In this document: piece by piece, positions 30,719-40,953 of the stretch | Position numbering within the stretch: the first letter of the stretch is position 1 | Layout: each line of letters opens with the position of its first letter | Origin: Terriglobia bacterium | GTDB taxonomy: Bacteria > Acidobacteriota > Terriglobia > JAJPHL01 | Assembly: GCA_021325275.1 (NCBI GenBank) | Contig: JAJPHL010000070.1 | Coordinates: 3,387-67,386 of the forward strand | Direction of reading: 5' to 3' | Length of the DNA: 64,000 nt | The notes under the pieces: generated by a model | The model's database searches: none | What the model saw: the letters and a program-made list of their open reading frames with translations, nothing else | Told to the model about the DNA's origin: nothing | Position numbers and translations under genes: made by a program

Positions 30719-31873
30719 ATGAAGGACATCAACGTTGCACTGATCGGCTACAAGTTCATGGGCAAGGCGCACAGCTACGCCTACTCCACGGTGGGCAAGA
30801 TTTTTTCCGATTGTCCTACGCCGCGCATGAAGGTGATTTGCGGACGCGATCGCGCCGGCGCCGAAGCGATGGCGTCGCGTTTCGGTTGGGAGTCGGTGGA
30901 AACCAGTTGGGAGCGCGTGCTCGAGCGCAAGGATGTCGACGCCGTCGACATTTCCACGCCCGGGCATCTCCACAAAACGATTGCCGTGGCCGCGGCAAAG
31001 GCGGGCAAACACGTGTTGTGTGAAAAGCCGCTCGGCAACACCGGCGACGAAGCTAAAGAAATGCTCGAAGCGGCGATCCGCGCGAAGATCGTGCACGGCG
31101 TTGTGTTCAACTATCGCCGCGTCCCGGCGATCATGCTGGCGAAACGCATGATCGAAGATGGTCGCCTCGGAAAAATCTACCATTTCCGCGCGCGCTACTT
31201 GCAGGATTGGATTGTCGACCCGCAGTTTCCCCGCGTGTGGCGGCTCGACAAATCGCAGGCCGGCTCGGGAACGCTCGGCGACTTGGGCGCGCACATCGTC
31301 GATCTATGCCGGTATCTCGTCGGCGAAGTAAATGAGGTAACGGCACTGCTCGAGACGTTCATCAAAGAGCGCCCGCTGCCGGCTGCCGATCAAGGTGCGT
31401 GGGGCAGCACGACGGGCGGCGGAATGGCGCCCGTTACCGTCGACGACTGCGCGCTCTTCCTCGGCAAGCTCGACGGCGGCGCCGTGGGATCGTTTGAAGT
31501 GACGCGCTTCGCGCTGGGACGGAAGAATCACAACACGCTGGAGATCAACGGCAGCAAAGGATCGCTGGTTTTCGATCTCGAGCGCCTCAACGAATTGCAA
31601 TACTACAGTCAAGACGACGCACCGGACGCGCGCGGCTTCCGCACGATTTTCGCCACCGAAGGCGGACAGCACGCCTACGTCGATAACTGGTGGCCGCCGG
31701 GACACATGATCGGCTGGGAGCACACGCAGACCCACACGATCTACGAATTTCTGAAGGCGGTCGCGAAAGGTGAGCCGCCGGAGCCGAACTTCCACGACGG
31801 CTATCGCAACAATATGATCCTGGATGCGGTGGAGAAATCGGCGGCGAGTGGAAAGTGGGAGCGGACGGGTTAG
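30719..31873 (+). CDS. Gfo/Idh/MocA oxidoreductase
   Basis: [26 protein letters not shown]. Confidence 0.93.
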   Translation: MKDINVALIGYKFMGKAHSYAYSTVGKIFSDCPTPRMKVICGRDRAGAEAMASRFGWESVETSWERVLERKDVDAVDISTPGHLHKTIAVAAAKAGKHVLCEKPLGNTGDEAKEMLEAAIRAKIVHGVVFNYRRVPAIMLAKRMIEDGRLGKIYHFRARYLQDWIVDPQFPRVWRLDKSQAGSGTLGDLGAHIVDLCRYLVGEVNEVTALLETFIKERPLPAADQGAWGSTTGGGMAPVTVDDCALFLGKLDGGAVGSFEVTRFALGRKNHNTLEINGSKGSLVFDLERLNELQYYSQDDAPDARGFRTIFATEGGQHAYVDNWWPPGHMIGWEHTQTHTIYEFLKAVAKGEPPEPNFHDGYRNNMILDAVEKSAASGKWERTG

Positions 31874-31885
31874 GCTGGCGTCCAG

Positions 31886-32320
31886 TTATTTCTTGATTTC
31901 CAGCAACTCAACCTCAAAGACCAGCGTGGAGTTCGCCGGAATCATCCCATTCGCGCGATCGCCATACGCAAGGTCCGGCGGGACCACCAGTTTGCGCTTG
32001 CCTCCGACTTTCATCGTGGCCACGCCTTCGTCCCAACCTTTGATCACCTGACCCTTGCCGAGTTGAAAATGAAACGGCTCACCGCCCACCGAGCTATCAA
32101 ATTTCCTTAGACTCAAGAGCCATCCGGTGTAGTGAACCACCACCGTATCGCCGTCCTTGGGCGACATTCCCGTGCCTTCCACCAAATCCTGATACTTCAA
32201 ACCGGACGGCGTGGTGATCACTTTGCCGGGCTTCGGCTCAGACTTCTGCTCGGTCTTCTTTTCTTGCGCGGCCGACGCGATCGTGACCAGCGCCAATGCG
32301 ATGGCGAGATTTCGTTTCAT
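31886..32320 (-). CDS. FKBP-type peptidyl-prolyl isomerase, exported
   Basis: VHYTG, FDSS, VIKGWDEG, IPANSTLVFEVEL; signal peptide. Confidence 0.95.
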   Translation of the reverse strand: MKRNLAIALALVTIASAAQEKKTEQKSEPKPGKVITTPSGLKYQDLVEGTGMSPKDGDTVVVHYTGWLLSLRKFDSSVGGEPFHFQLGKGQVIKGWDEGVATMKVGGKRKLVVPPDLAYGDRANGMIPANSTLVFEVELLEIKK

Positions 32321-32327
32321 ATATAAG

Positions 32328-33287
32328 TTACGCCCACCACGCTTGCGCCGGCTTCTCTTTCAGCAACACGCCGTGCAAAAACGACGCGGCTTTGGTGAGA
32401 CCTTCTTCGATCGACATCAAGCTGTCTTCGTGCTCGATCGACAACGTGTCGTCATATCCGGCCATGCGCAGCGTGCTCACGAGATTGTTCCACCATTCCA
32501 CGCCGTGACCGTATCCCACGGTGCGGAAAATCCACGCGCGGTTGATTTCGTCGGTGTAGTTCTTGGTGTCGAGTACGCCGGTTTTGTTGATGTTGTCCTG
32601 CCACAGCATGGTGTCTTTGGCGTGAACGTGGAAAACCGCCGCGCCCAGTTGGCGGACGGCCGCCAGCGGATCGATTCCCTGCCAGAACAAATGACTTGGG
32701 TCGAAATTGCAGCCGATGTTGTCGCCGGCCGCGGCGCGCAGGCGCATCATATTCTCAGGCGAGTACACGAGGAACCCTGGATGCATCTCGATGGCGACGC
32801 GCACGCCGTGATCGCGCGCGAATTTGGCGTGCTCGCTCCAAAACGGCAGCGCCTTTTCTTCCCACTGCCACTTCAGCACCTCGAGAAAATCCGGCGGCCA
32901 CGGGCATGTCACCCAGTTGGGGAAACGCGCGTTGTCGGAATCGCCGGGACAGCCGGAAAAGTCGATGACCGTCTTCACGCCGAGTTTTTCCGCCAACAAA
33001 ATCGTGCGCCGCGAGATGGCCACGAACTTCTCGCGGATTTCCTTCACCGGATGCAGCGGATTTCCGTGACAACTGAGCGCGCTGATCGAGAGACCCGCGC
33101 CGTCCATCTTCTTGCGGAACTCGGCCAGCGCCGTCGCGTTGTCGAGGTATTCGAGCTTGCAATGCGGATCGCCGGGATAGTTGCCGGTTCCCAGCTCGAC
33201 GGTAGAAATATTGAGCTTCTGGAGCTTGGGAATCACTTGGTCGAGGGTCAATTGTCCAAACAAAGCGGTAAAGATTCCAAGGCGCAT
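32328..33287 (-). CDS. Sugar phosphate isomerase/epimerase (xylose-isomerase-like TIM barrel)
   Basis: IEMHPG, NFDPSH, HVHAKD, SIEHED. Confidence 0.9.
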   Translation of the reverse strand: MRLGIFTALFGQLTLDQVIPKLQKLNISTVELGTGNYPGDPHCKLEYLDNATALAEFRKKMDGAGLSISALSCHGNPLHPVKEIREKFVAISRRTILLAEKLGVKTVIDFSGCPGDSDNARFPNWVTCPWPPDFLEVLKWQWEEKALPFWSEHAKFARDHGVRVAIEMHPGFLVYSPENMMRLRAAAGDNIGCNFDPSHLFWQGIDPLAAVRQLGAAVFHVHAKDTMLWQDNINKTGVLDTKNYTDEINRAWIFRTVGYGHGVEWWNNLVSTLRMAGYDDTLSIEHEDSLMSIEEGLTKAASFLHGVLLKEKPAQAWWA

Positions 33288-33317
33288 GGGGAAATCGTAT
33301 CATGCTAGTGTAAAAAC

Positions 33318-33653
33318 ATGAATCGCCGAGGATTCTTTACCCGAATCGCGCACCTGGCCGAAGACCCGCAGAAGATTCGCGCGCGTCGCGTGGCGGAGCT
33401 GCGCGCCTGGGCCCTGGAGTGCTGTCCGCTCGACTGGGACGCCACCAAGCGCGAGGAAACGGCCCAGGACATCGAACGCAAGCTGTCCTACCTGAGCGAT
33501 GAAACGTTGCGCGGCGAAAACATGAAGAAGTACGTCGAGAACATCGTCCGCACCAAGGAGATTTTCTACGCCGCACAGCGCGCCGAACAGGATTACGCCC
33601 GGCGAAATCAAGAGGACTCTGAGTACGATCGCTATCCGCACGAGGACGATTAG
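33318..33653 (+). CDS. Hypothetical protein
   Basis: 111-aa ORF with typical codon usage; ATG 6 nt after TAGTGT. Confidence 0.7.
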   Translation: MNRRGFFTRIAHLAEDPQKIRARRVAELRAWALECCPLDWDATKREETAQDIERKLSYLSDETLRGENMKKYVENIVRTKEIFYAAQRAEQDYARRNQEDSEYDRYPHEDD

Positions 33654-33704
33654 CCAATTCAATCCTGTCGTATAATCGAAAAGTACGCTTCATAAGGAGA
33701 GGGC

Positions 33705-34058
33705 ATGAAGAAACTGGGTTTGGTATTGTTCACTACGGTTTGTATCCTGTCGCTGACGCTCGCGGTACCGGCGCAGAAGAAGGACGACAAGAAGTCGGGC
33801 GGCGACGCCACTAAGGGCGAAGCAGTTTTCAAAGACAAAAACTGCACGGTGTGCCACTGGCCGGATAAGGAAACCAAGCGCATCGGTCCCGGGCTGAAGG
33901 GCCTGTTCACGCACAAGAAAATGTGGGACGATCGCCCGCTCACCGAAGCCAACGTTCGCGACATGATCCTAAAGGGCGGCGGCAAAATGACCGGCTTCGA
34001 AGATCAGCTCACGCCCAAGGAACTCGATAACCTGATCGCGTACCTGAAGACCCTGTAA
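33705..34058 (+). CDS. Monoheme cytochrome c
   Basis: Signal peptide, CTVCH, GPGLKG, distal Met (GKMTGF); TATAAT at 33671 and AGGAG SD. Confidence 0.92.
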   Translation: MKKLGLVLFTTVCILSLTLAVPAQKKDDKKSGGDATKGEAVFKDKNCTVCHWPDKETKRIGPGLKGLFTHKKMWDDRPLTEANVRDMILKGGGKMTGFEDQLTPKELDNLIAYLKTL

Positions 34059-34089
34059 CATCGCAGGCGGGGGCCAACGTCAATTCACT

Positions 34090-35295
34090 ATGGCATTCTT
34101 ACGCCGCTTCCTGGCCCCCGTCATCGCGCTGCTGGCCGCGGCCGCGTTCGCGGCGGCGCAAGACAAACCCAATCAAGCGGAGGCCCAGCAGGCGCTCGCC
34201 TCCGTACCGGAAATCCTCAAGCAAGTTTCGAAGCTCACCAACCTACCCATCAAGGCGCCCGTTCAAGGCGAGGTGGTTTCGCGCGAGCAAATCCGCGGAT
34301 ACATCACCGAGCGCATGAAGGAGTCGACGACGCACGAGGACATGCACGCGCAGGAAGCGGCGCTCATCAAGTTCGGTTTGCTGCCCGCTGGATTCAAACT
34401 GGAGTCGTTCGTGCTCGACCTGCTTTCCGAGCAAGCCACGGCGTTCTACGATCCTAAGTCGAAAAAAATCTATCTCTCCGACTGGGCGCCGCTCAACTTG
34501 CAGCAACCGGCGATCGCGCATGAACTGACGCACGCGCTTCAGGACCAGCACACCAGCCTCACCGCGTTCATGGAAGACAAGAAAATGTCGCAGGACGAGC
34601 AGGCCGCGCGGCAATCGGTGGTGGAAGGCGAAGGCGTACTCGCGATGATGGATTACATGATGGCGCCGTCGGGCCTGAAGGCCGCCGACCTGCCGAATCT
34701 CGGCTCAATGGTGGAAGACGCGGCCAAGTCGGAAGACGCCAAGTTTCCCGTGTTCAGCGCGGCGCCGCCGTACTTGAAGGAAGGCCTGCTCTTCCCCTAC
34801 ATGTATGGGCTCACCTACGCGCAAGCGAAACAGAAAGCCGTCGGCGCGGACAAAGTGTATGGCGAGTTGCTCGACCATCCTCCGCATTCCACGCACGAGA
34901 TCATGCATCCCGACGCGCCGGCCGTCGCGCCTCCATCCATCGAAGCGCCGGAGATTCCCGCTGCGCAGCGCGCCGGCTACAAGAAGCTCGATTCCAACGT
35001 GCTCGGCGAGTTCGACGTGTTCACGCTGCTGAAAATCACGTTGAGCGAAGATGTCGCGCACGCCGTTGCGCCGCTGTGGCGCGCGTTCCGCTATGACGTC
35101 TACGAAAACGCGTCCGGCAAGGTGTTGCTCGCACACCGCTCGCAGTGGAAAGATGCGAACTCGGCCGCGGCGTTCGCCGAAGCGTACCGCCGGGTGATCG
35201 CCAAGAAGGCATTTGCCGGCGAAGAGACGCGCATCGAAACGCATGGCGAGACAGTGGATGTAATCGAAGGCCTTCCGCCCGCTCCCCGCAAGTAA
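34090..35295 (+). CDS. Exported zinc-metalloprotease-like protein
   Basis: Signal peptide; AHELTHALQDQH (HExxH) with downstream VEGEG. Confidence 0.7.
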   Translation: MAFLRRFLAPVIALLAAAAFAAAQDKPNQAEAQQALASVPEILKQVSKLTNLPIKAPVQGEVVSREQIRGYITERMKESTTHEDMHAQEAALIKFGLLPAGFKLESFVLDLLSEQATAFYDPKSKKIYLSDWAPLNLQQPAIAHELTHALQDQHTSLTAFMEDKKMSQDEQAARQSVVEGEGVLAMMDYMMAPSGLKAADLPNLGSMVEDAAKSEDAKFPVFSAAPPYLKEGLLFPYMYGLTYAQAKQKAVGADKVYGELLDHPPHSTHEIMHPDAPAVAPPSIEAPEIPAAQRAGYKKLDSNVLGEFDVFTLLKITLSEDVAHAVAPLWRAFRYDVYENASGKVLLAHRSQWKDANSAAAFAEAYRRVIAKKAFAGEETRIETHGETVDVIEGLPPAPRK

Positions 35296-35303
35296 TTTTT
35301 CCC

Positions 35304-35327
35304 GAACCGAAGCCGGACTCGCGCGTC
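35304..35327 (+). promoter_or_regulatory. Possible ECF-sigma promoter
   Basis: GAAC-N16-CGTC ending 9 nt before ATG 35337. Confidence 0.3.
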
Positions 35328-35336
35328 TCATTAGTT

Positions 35337-37766
35337 ATGATTCGCGACATCCGCTACGCCGCACGTCAACTTCGCAAGTCACCGGGGTTCGCCGCCGCCG
35401 TGCTTTGCACGCTGGCGCTTTGTATCGGCGCGAACACCGCGATCTACTCGGTGGTCGACGCCGTTTTGCTGCGGCCGCTGCCGTATCCCGCGCCCGAGCG
35501 ACTGGCGTTGATGGTCTTCGACCAGCAGACCGCGAAGGGCAGCTATACCAGCGACTCGCAAGACGGCCCTACGTGGGAAGCGGTGCGCGATCACGCCGAT
35601 CTCCTCGACGTGGCGCTCGGCGGAGGATCGCAAGGCGTGAATCTCTCGAAGGATGGGCGCGGCGAATACATCATGCAGTCGCGCGTGTCGGCGGGATTCT
35701 TTCACGTGATGGGCGTGCCACCGATGATCGGCCGTGAATTCACGCGCTCTGAGGACGTTCCCGGCGGCGCGGCCGTGGTGGTGCTTGCGTATCCGATGTG
35801 GCAGCGTTTGTTCGCGGGCGACCCGAACGCAATCGGCAAGACGATTCTGCTGCGCGGCGAGCCGTACACGGTGATCGGCGTGATGCCCGAGGGATTCCGA
35901 ACGCAAACGCCCGCCGACCTGTATACGCCGCGGCGGCCGTCGAATTCCGGCGAAGGCCAAGGTACGAACTACACGGTGATCGCGCGGCTGAAGCCGGGCG
36001 TCACGTGGGCGGCGGCGGAGTCGCAACTAAACGTGGTCGCGGGGCCGGCGATGATGCGCAACAAGGCGAAGGATACTCTTATGCACGCGCGCCTCGTGCC
36101 GCTTCAGCAAGGACTCACGAGCGATCTACAAACGGGACTCTACGGCGCGTGGACCGCGGTCGGCGTCGTGCTGCTGATCGGATGCGTCAACATCGCGGGA
36201 TTGCTGCTCGCGCGGTCGTCCGGACGCGCGCGCGAGGTCGCCACGCGCATGGCGGTGGGCGCGAATCGCGCTGCGATTATTCGCCAGTTGCTCGCGGAAA
36301 GTTTATTGCTCGCGCTCGGCGGCGGCGCGCTGGGTGTGCTCACCGGTTACGCGGGAATTCAGGCCCTGGAAGGGCTCGGCGCGGCGGGCTTCGACTACTG
36401 GCATCCCGTGACTCTAAACTGGCGCGTGATGCTGGCGATGCTCGGCGTCTCGTTGCTGGCGAGTTTGCTCTTTGGACTCGCGCCGGCGTTCGCGGCCAGC
36501 CGCGTCGATCTGCGGTCGATGCTGGCGGAAGGCGCGCGCGGCGCGGCCGGCGGATCTCGTCATTGGTCGCGACGCGCGTTGATCGTGGCAGAGGTCGCGC
36601 TCAGTTTGATGCTCTTGATCGACGCAGGATTGCTGGTGCGCACGCTCCAGCGATTGGAAGGATTGACGCCCGGCTTCGATCCGCACAATGTGATCAGTGC
36701 GTCCCTTTCGCTGCAAGACGCGCGGTATTCAACCAGCGCCGCGGTAAATCGCTTGTACGACGAAAGCCTGCGCCGCATTCGCGAGTCGCCGGACGTGGAA
36801 GCGGCGGGCGTGGGATTGACGCTGCCGTATCAGCGTCCATTGAACATGGGATTTCGCATCGCCGACGGTGTCAACGCAAGCGACAAGGGATTTCCCATGG
36901 ACGACATTTACGTGACACCGGGATACTTGGAAGCGTTGCGCATTCCGGTGGTCGAGGGCCGCGCCATCACCGACGCCGATCGCGCCGATACCGAGCCGGT
37001 GGTCGTGATCAACGAGGCGTTTGCGCGCCGATTCCTGAAGGATCAAGATCCCGTTGGCAGTCATTTGCGTGAAGGAGGCGTCACGCGGCGCATCGTCGGC
37101 GTGGTGGGCGACACGCAACAGCATTCGGGCGTGGGCTCGTACGGGCTGATGAGTGCGACCCCGACGACCTACCATCCGGCGGCACAGGAGTCCGACAAGT
37201 TTTTCCAATTGATCCACACTTGGTTCGCGCCGCAGTGGGTGGTGCGCACGCGCGCAACGCCAGGCGCGCCGTTGCAGCACGCGATCGAAGCGGCCGTCGG
37301 CGCGATCGATCCACAATTACCGTTCGCGAAATTCCAAAGTCTCGAGGAAGTGCAGTACACGGCGTTCCAGTCGCAGCGCTATCAAGCGGCGGTATTCTCA
37401 ACCGTCGCGATGCTCGCGATGTTCCTCGCGGCGATCGGATTGTACGGGCTGATTTCCCATTCGGTGGCGGAGCGCACGCGCGAAATGGGCATTCGCATGG
37501 CGCTCGGATCCACGACCGCGCGCGCCATGTGGACCGTCGTGCGTCCCGCGCTCTGGCTCACGCTCGCCGGCGTGGCGGCCGGCGCGATTCTCGCGCGATG
37601 GTCGACGACGGTGGTGAAGGATTTGCTTTTCGGCGTGAAGGAAGGCGATCCGCGAACGTTCCTGATGGTCTCGGCGGCGCTGGTTGTTGTAGCGTGCGTG
37701 GCGAGCGCGATTCCCGCGCGGAGGTTGCTACGATTGGATCCCGCGATTACCTTGCGGTCGGAGTGA
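35337..37766 (+). CDS. Duplicated MacB/FtsX-type orphan ABC permease (ADOP-like)
   Basis: DIRYAARQLRKSPGF, LLIGCVNIAGLLLAR, RTREMGIRMALG, LDPAITLRSE; no adjacent ATPase. Confidence 0.92.
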   Translation: MIRDIRYAARQLRKSPGFAAAVLCTLALCIGANTAIYSVVDAVLLRPLPYPAPERLALMVFDQQTAKGSYTSDSQDGPTWEAVRDHADLLDVALGGGSQGVNLSKDGRGEYIMQSRVSAGFFHVMGVPPMIGREFTRSEDVPGGAAVVVLAYPMWQRLFAGDPNAIGKTILLRGEPYTVIGVMPEGFRTQTPADLYTPRRPSNSGEGQGTNYTVIARLKPGVTWAAAESQLNVVAGPAMMRNKAKDTLMHARLVPLQQGLTSDLQTGLYGAWTAVGVVLLIGCVNIAGLLLARSSGRAREVATRMAVGANRAAIIRQLLAESLLLALGGGALGVLTGYAGIQALEGLGAAGFDYWHPVTLNWRVMLAMLGVSLLASLLFGLAPAFAASRVDLRSMLAEGARGAAGGSRHWSRRALIVAEVALSLMLLIDAGLLVRTLQRLEGLTPGFDPHNVISASLSLQDARYSTSAAVNRLYDESLRRIRESPDVEAAGVGLTLPYQRPLNMGFRIADGVNASDKGFPMDDIYVTPGYLEALRIPVVEGRAITDADRADTEPVVVINEAFARRFLKDQDPVGSHLREGGVTRRIVGVVGDTQQHSGVGSYGLMSATPTTYHPAAQESDKFFQLIHTWFAPQWVVRTRATPGAPLQHAIEAAVGAIDPQLPFAKFQSLEEVQYTAFQSQRYQAAVFSTVAMLAMFLAAIGLYGLISHSVAERTREMGIRMALGSTTARAMWTVVRPALWLTLAGVAAGAILARWSTTVVKDLLFGVKEGDPRTFLMVSAALVVVACVASAIPARRLLRLDPAITLRSE

Positions 37767-37855
37767 TCGGCCGATCAACTCGCGGATGCGCTTCTCGCGA
37801 TCCTGCACCGCGCGGAACGGTTCTTGCAACCGCCCGCCTCCAGCGCCAAAGGACG

Positions 37856-38416
37856 CTATCCCATGAGTTTCCACCACAATAGCCGCGACCAACGCATCGT
37901 GTACGTGACGCACGCCGCTAGAATCAAAAAAATCAGCACAAACGGAAACGCCACTACGCGACAGACGCCGCGCAGCATTCCTTCGCCGTTCATTCCCAAA
38001 CGCGCGCCGACGAATTGGCGCAGCGTCGGCAGGTTCGGGCGGTCGAGCCAGAAGAAATCGCCGTTTTCGTTGATCAGGAGGATTTTCGAAGGCAGCAGAA
38101 GAAGCAGCGCGGCTTTCCAGTTGAACAGAATCGGCTCGCCGGAGAAAAGCATCGCGGCCACAGGAGGCCGTGTCGCGGCGATGGCGCGCGCCATTCTCCA
38201 TTTCTCGCCAAGCGACGGCGCATCCGTGACGCGCCACACCCGCTCAAACGTGGTGGCGGCCGGCAAGCCCGGGAAGCACGTGCACAACTCCAGCGACGCG
38301 CCGGGAAATCCGCGCTGCATGCCGGCGATGGCGCGCTCCATCACGTAGCGCGATCCGCTTTCGACCAATAAAATGCGGTCGACCGCCGGGCCTCGTCCGG
38401 TGAAGAAAAATCTCAT
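37856..38416 (-). CDS. Hypothetical membrane-anchored protein
   Basis: RILLVESGSR N-terminus, INENGDFFWL, C-terminal TM; follows the DUF885 gene by 3 nt. Confidence 0.7.
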   Translation of the reverse strand: MRFFFTGRGPAVDRILLVESGSRYVMERAIAGMQRGFPGASLELCTCFPGLPAATTFERVWRVTDAPSLGEKWRMARAIAATRPPVAAMLFSGEPILFNWKAALLLLLPSKILLINENGDFFWLDRPNLPTLRQFVGARLGMNGEGMLRGVCRVVAFPFVLIFLILAACVTYTMRWSRLLWWKLMG

Positions 38417-38419
38417 GTG

Positions 38420-40045
38420 CTATTGCAGCAGTTCGTGAGCCGCCGCGAATGTCGGCGCGCCCAATGACAAGAGGCGCGTGTGATACTCGCCTAGAATGAA
38501 AGCCGCGCCCATTTCCTTGTGGATCTGGTCGCGCAGGCGCACGAGTTCCAGTTTACCCACAAATGCGGCGCTCGGCGCAGCGGGCGACGAGAGAGACCGC
38601 CACACGCGATCGTGCGCCTCGGCGGGCGAACACGCGAACTGCGTGGCCAGCTGCTTCTCGGCTTCCTCAGGCGTGACTTTTCCCAGATGCAGGCGAATGT
38701 CGAAAATTGCATCGAGCCAAACGGCGCGATCGTGCGCGGCGTCGTGGACGGCATCTTTCACGCCGGGCGCCGAGTATCCGGCCTCGCGCATCAGCACCGC
38801 CGCGTACTCTTCCCATCCCGCGATAAATGCGAGGTTGGGAAAAACTTTCCGGATGATCGTGTCGGTGTGATTCATCGCCTCACGCTGCAAGTAGGCGCCC
38901 GGGTGACCCAAGCGTATGATGGCCGCTTGCGCGCCCGAGCGCGTCAGCGCCAGCGACGCCGGCACGTAGATGAAAAAGGCCAAGTCCGGCTCGAACGCAC
39001 CCGCCGGATCAAGCCACGCACTGAGACGCGGAGAATAGGGCGGCGCATTTTCAAATTGCAAACGATCGGGCATCGGGATCGGCGCAATGCGCTTTTGATC
39101 CGTGAACAAACGCGGATCGCGTTCGCCCTGGCGCAGCGCTTGCAAAACCTGCAGCGCGTCGAGCGTATCGGCGGCCGGCGGCGCAACGGGCAAGGGCGCG
39201 GTTCCCAATTCTTTCTCCGCTTCGGCCAGCACGGCCTCCGGTGTCATCGCCGTTCCCAGGCGATCGCGGAAAATCCGGCGATACGCGGCCTCCGGCGTCA
39301 CGGGATTACCCTTCGAGTGCGGCAAAAGCTGCGCTTCCATCCACGCGCGAAAGTCGCGCACCGCAGCCGCCGCGACGTGCGCGTCTTTCTGCACGCGCGA
39401 CAGCGCTTTTTTCTCGAGACCTTGCGTGACCGCGGCGTTCGGCACGCCTTTATCGAGATAATCGGCCACACCGGCGAGAATCTCCAGAGCCTTGCGCGTG
39501 TCGATCTCCGGTGGATTCTCGAAATTGGCGCGCGCCAGCTTCAAGACTTTGGGATAGAGCTTCAGCCGTTCGTCGAGCGCGTCGAAGCGCGTGGTGGCCG
39601 GCGCAAACTGGCGGTTCGTGAGACTCCACGCGGCGTCGCCGAGCAAGAGCGCGTACAAGTCGGGACGCGTGGACGCTTGCTTGCGCTCGTCGAGATCGGC
39701 TATCACCAAGCGAATGCGCGCCGCGAGGTTTTCGCGGTCGGCGCGGGCGGCCGCAGAGAGCTGTTTCGAGTCCAGCTTCTCGATCCGCGAGAGCGCCGCT
39801 CGATTCCGCGCGATCTCCGCCTGCACCGCAGTGGACGACCAATCTTCCAGCGATTTGTCTTGTGAATGAACGCCGGCCGGAGTAGCGGCCGACACCGGGC
39901 GGAAGGCCCAATAGCCCGGCAAGTATTCGTTGACGATGAGAGCGAGATCGCGATCCTGCGCGCGAGCATCGATGGCCGCGCCCGCGCACAGAATCAAGAT
40001 CGTCAGCAGCCGGAAGAACCGGCGTCTCACCGGCCGCAAGGTCAT
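38420..40045 (-). CDS. DUF885-family protein (degenerate motifs)
   Basis: P..AT..G.H N-terminus, GHPGAYLQ, AGWEEYA, DIRLH, FVGKLELVRLR, YHTRLLSLG. Confidence 0.75.
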   Translation of the reverse strand: MTLRPVRRRFFRLLTILILCAGAAIDARAQDRDLALIVNEYLPGYWAFRPVSAATPAGVHSQDKSLEDWSSTAVQAEIARNRAALSRIEKLDSKQLSAAARADRENLAARIRLVIADLDERKQASTRPDLYALLLGDAAWSLTNRQFAPATTRFDALDERLKLYPKVLKLARANFENPPEIDTRKALEILAGVADYLDKGVPNAAVTQGLEKKALSRVQKDAHVAAAAVRDFRAWMEAQLLPHSKGNPVTPEAAYRRIFRDRLGTAMTPEAVLAEAEKELGTAPLPVAPPAADTLDALQVLQALRQGERDPRLFTDQKRIAPIPMPDRLQFENAPPYSPRLSAWLDPAGAFEPDLAFFIYVPASLALTRSGAQAAIIRLGHPGAYLQREAMNHTDTIIRKVFPNLAFIAGWEEYAAVLMREAGYSAPGVKDAVHDAAHDRAVWLDAIFDIRLHLGKVTPEEAEKQLATQFACSPAEAHDRVWRSLSSPAAPSAAFVGKLELVRLRDQIHKEMGAAFILGEYHTRLLSLGAPTFAAAHELLQ

Positions 40046-40063
40046 ACGCAGACCGTTCGAGCG

Positions 40064-40783
40064 TTACGGCTTCTTCGGCGCGGTGGCAGGAGGCGCGGCG
40101 GGCTTCGCGCCCGGCGCCGCCGGCGGCGCGGAAAGACCACTGGCGCTGGCCGGGAACGACATGTTGTACGCGCCGATCACTTCCTGCGTGATGTCCACGC
40201 GATCGTTCTGCCACAGCACTTCGCCCGGTTGCGCCGAGTTCAGCACCAAATCGAAGCCGTTCTTTTGCGCGTACACGGCGATGACTTGCAGCATCTTGTT
40301 GCCGATGGCGTTGAACACGCCGTCGACCGCTTGCTGATAGTCGGCGGTGGCGTCTTCGTTCTCGTGATTGAAGTTCTTGGTTTCGCGATCCACTTCGCGA
40401 ATGAGCTGGTTTTTCTGGTCTTCGCTCAGCACCTTATCGCCCGCTTGCAGCCGCTGCTGCTTATCCTGGATCGACTTGGTCATGGCTTCCAATTGATCTT
40501 TCTTCGGTTGGAAGCGCTTCTGAAGATCGTCGGTGGCCTTTTTGCCTTCCGCGCAATTCGCGATGGCTTGCTGAATGTGCACCGTGGCGACTTTGCCCGC
40601 GCCCGACGGGGACATCGCTCCACCGGCGGCCAAGTTTCCCGTGGCGTTTGCCGGATTCGACGGCGGTGGCGCGGCCGGAGTGGCCGGCTTCGACGCCGGA
40701 GGTTGTGCGGTCGCCTGAGCGCCAACCGCCACACTAAAGGCCAAAAGGGTGGCCATGGCCCATACAAAAACTCGTTGATTCAT
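40064..40783 (-). CDS. skp: Skp/OmpH periplasmic chaperone
   Basis: Coiled coil, YAQKNGFDLVL, VDITQEVI; downstream of bamA. Confidence 0.88.
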   Translation of the reverse strand: MNQRVFVWAMATLLAFSVAVGAQATAQPPASKPATPAAPPPSNPANATGNLAAGGAMSPSGAGKVATVHIQQAIANCAEGKKATDDLQKRFQPKKDQLEAMTKSIQDKQQRLQAGDKVLSEDQKNQLIREVDRETKNFNHENEDATADYQQAVDGVFNAIGNKMLQVIAVYAQKNGFDLVLNSAQPGEVLWQNDRVDITQEVIGAYNMSFPASASGLSAPPAAPGAKPAAPPATAPKKP

Positions 40784-40929
40784 GCTATGTCTCCATTCCG
40801 CTTAAGGCAGTCCGCCTAGAAGCGGTCCGCTCGCAGGCGGTTAAATTCGATCCCACCATTATAGTGCACTTTCCGGCCTCGGTAGCCGCGGTCACCAGCC
40901 CGCGGCCACGCCCCACAAAGACTTCCTAG

Positions 40930-40951
40930 AAGTTCGCGACTTCGCGAACTT
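40930..40951. terminator. Hairpin just after the bamA stop
   Basis: AAGTTCGCGA-CT-TCGCGAACTT; no strong U-tail. Confidence 0.45.
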
Positions 40952-40953
40952 TG

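Noticed and set aside
33318-33360. Tat signal (MNRRGFF)
   Set aside because: No hydrophobic h-region follows.
37767-37855. Possible gene remnant (DQLADALLAILHRAERFLQ) after the permease
   Set aside because: No start and no recognisable family or duplicate in the window.
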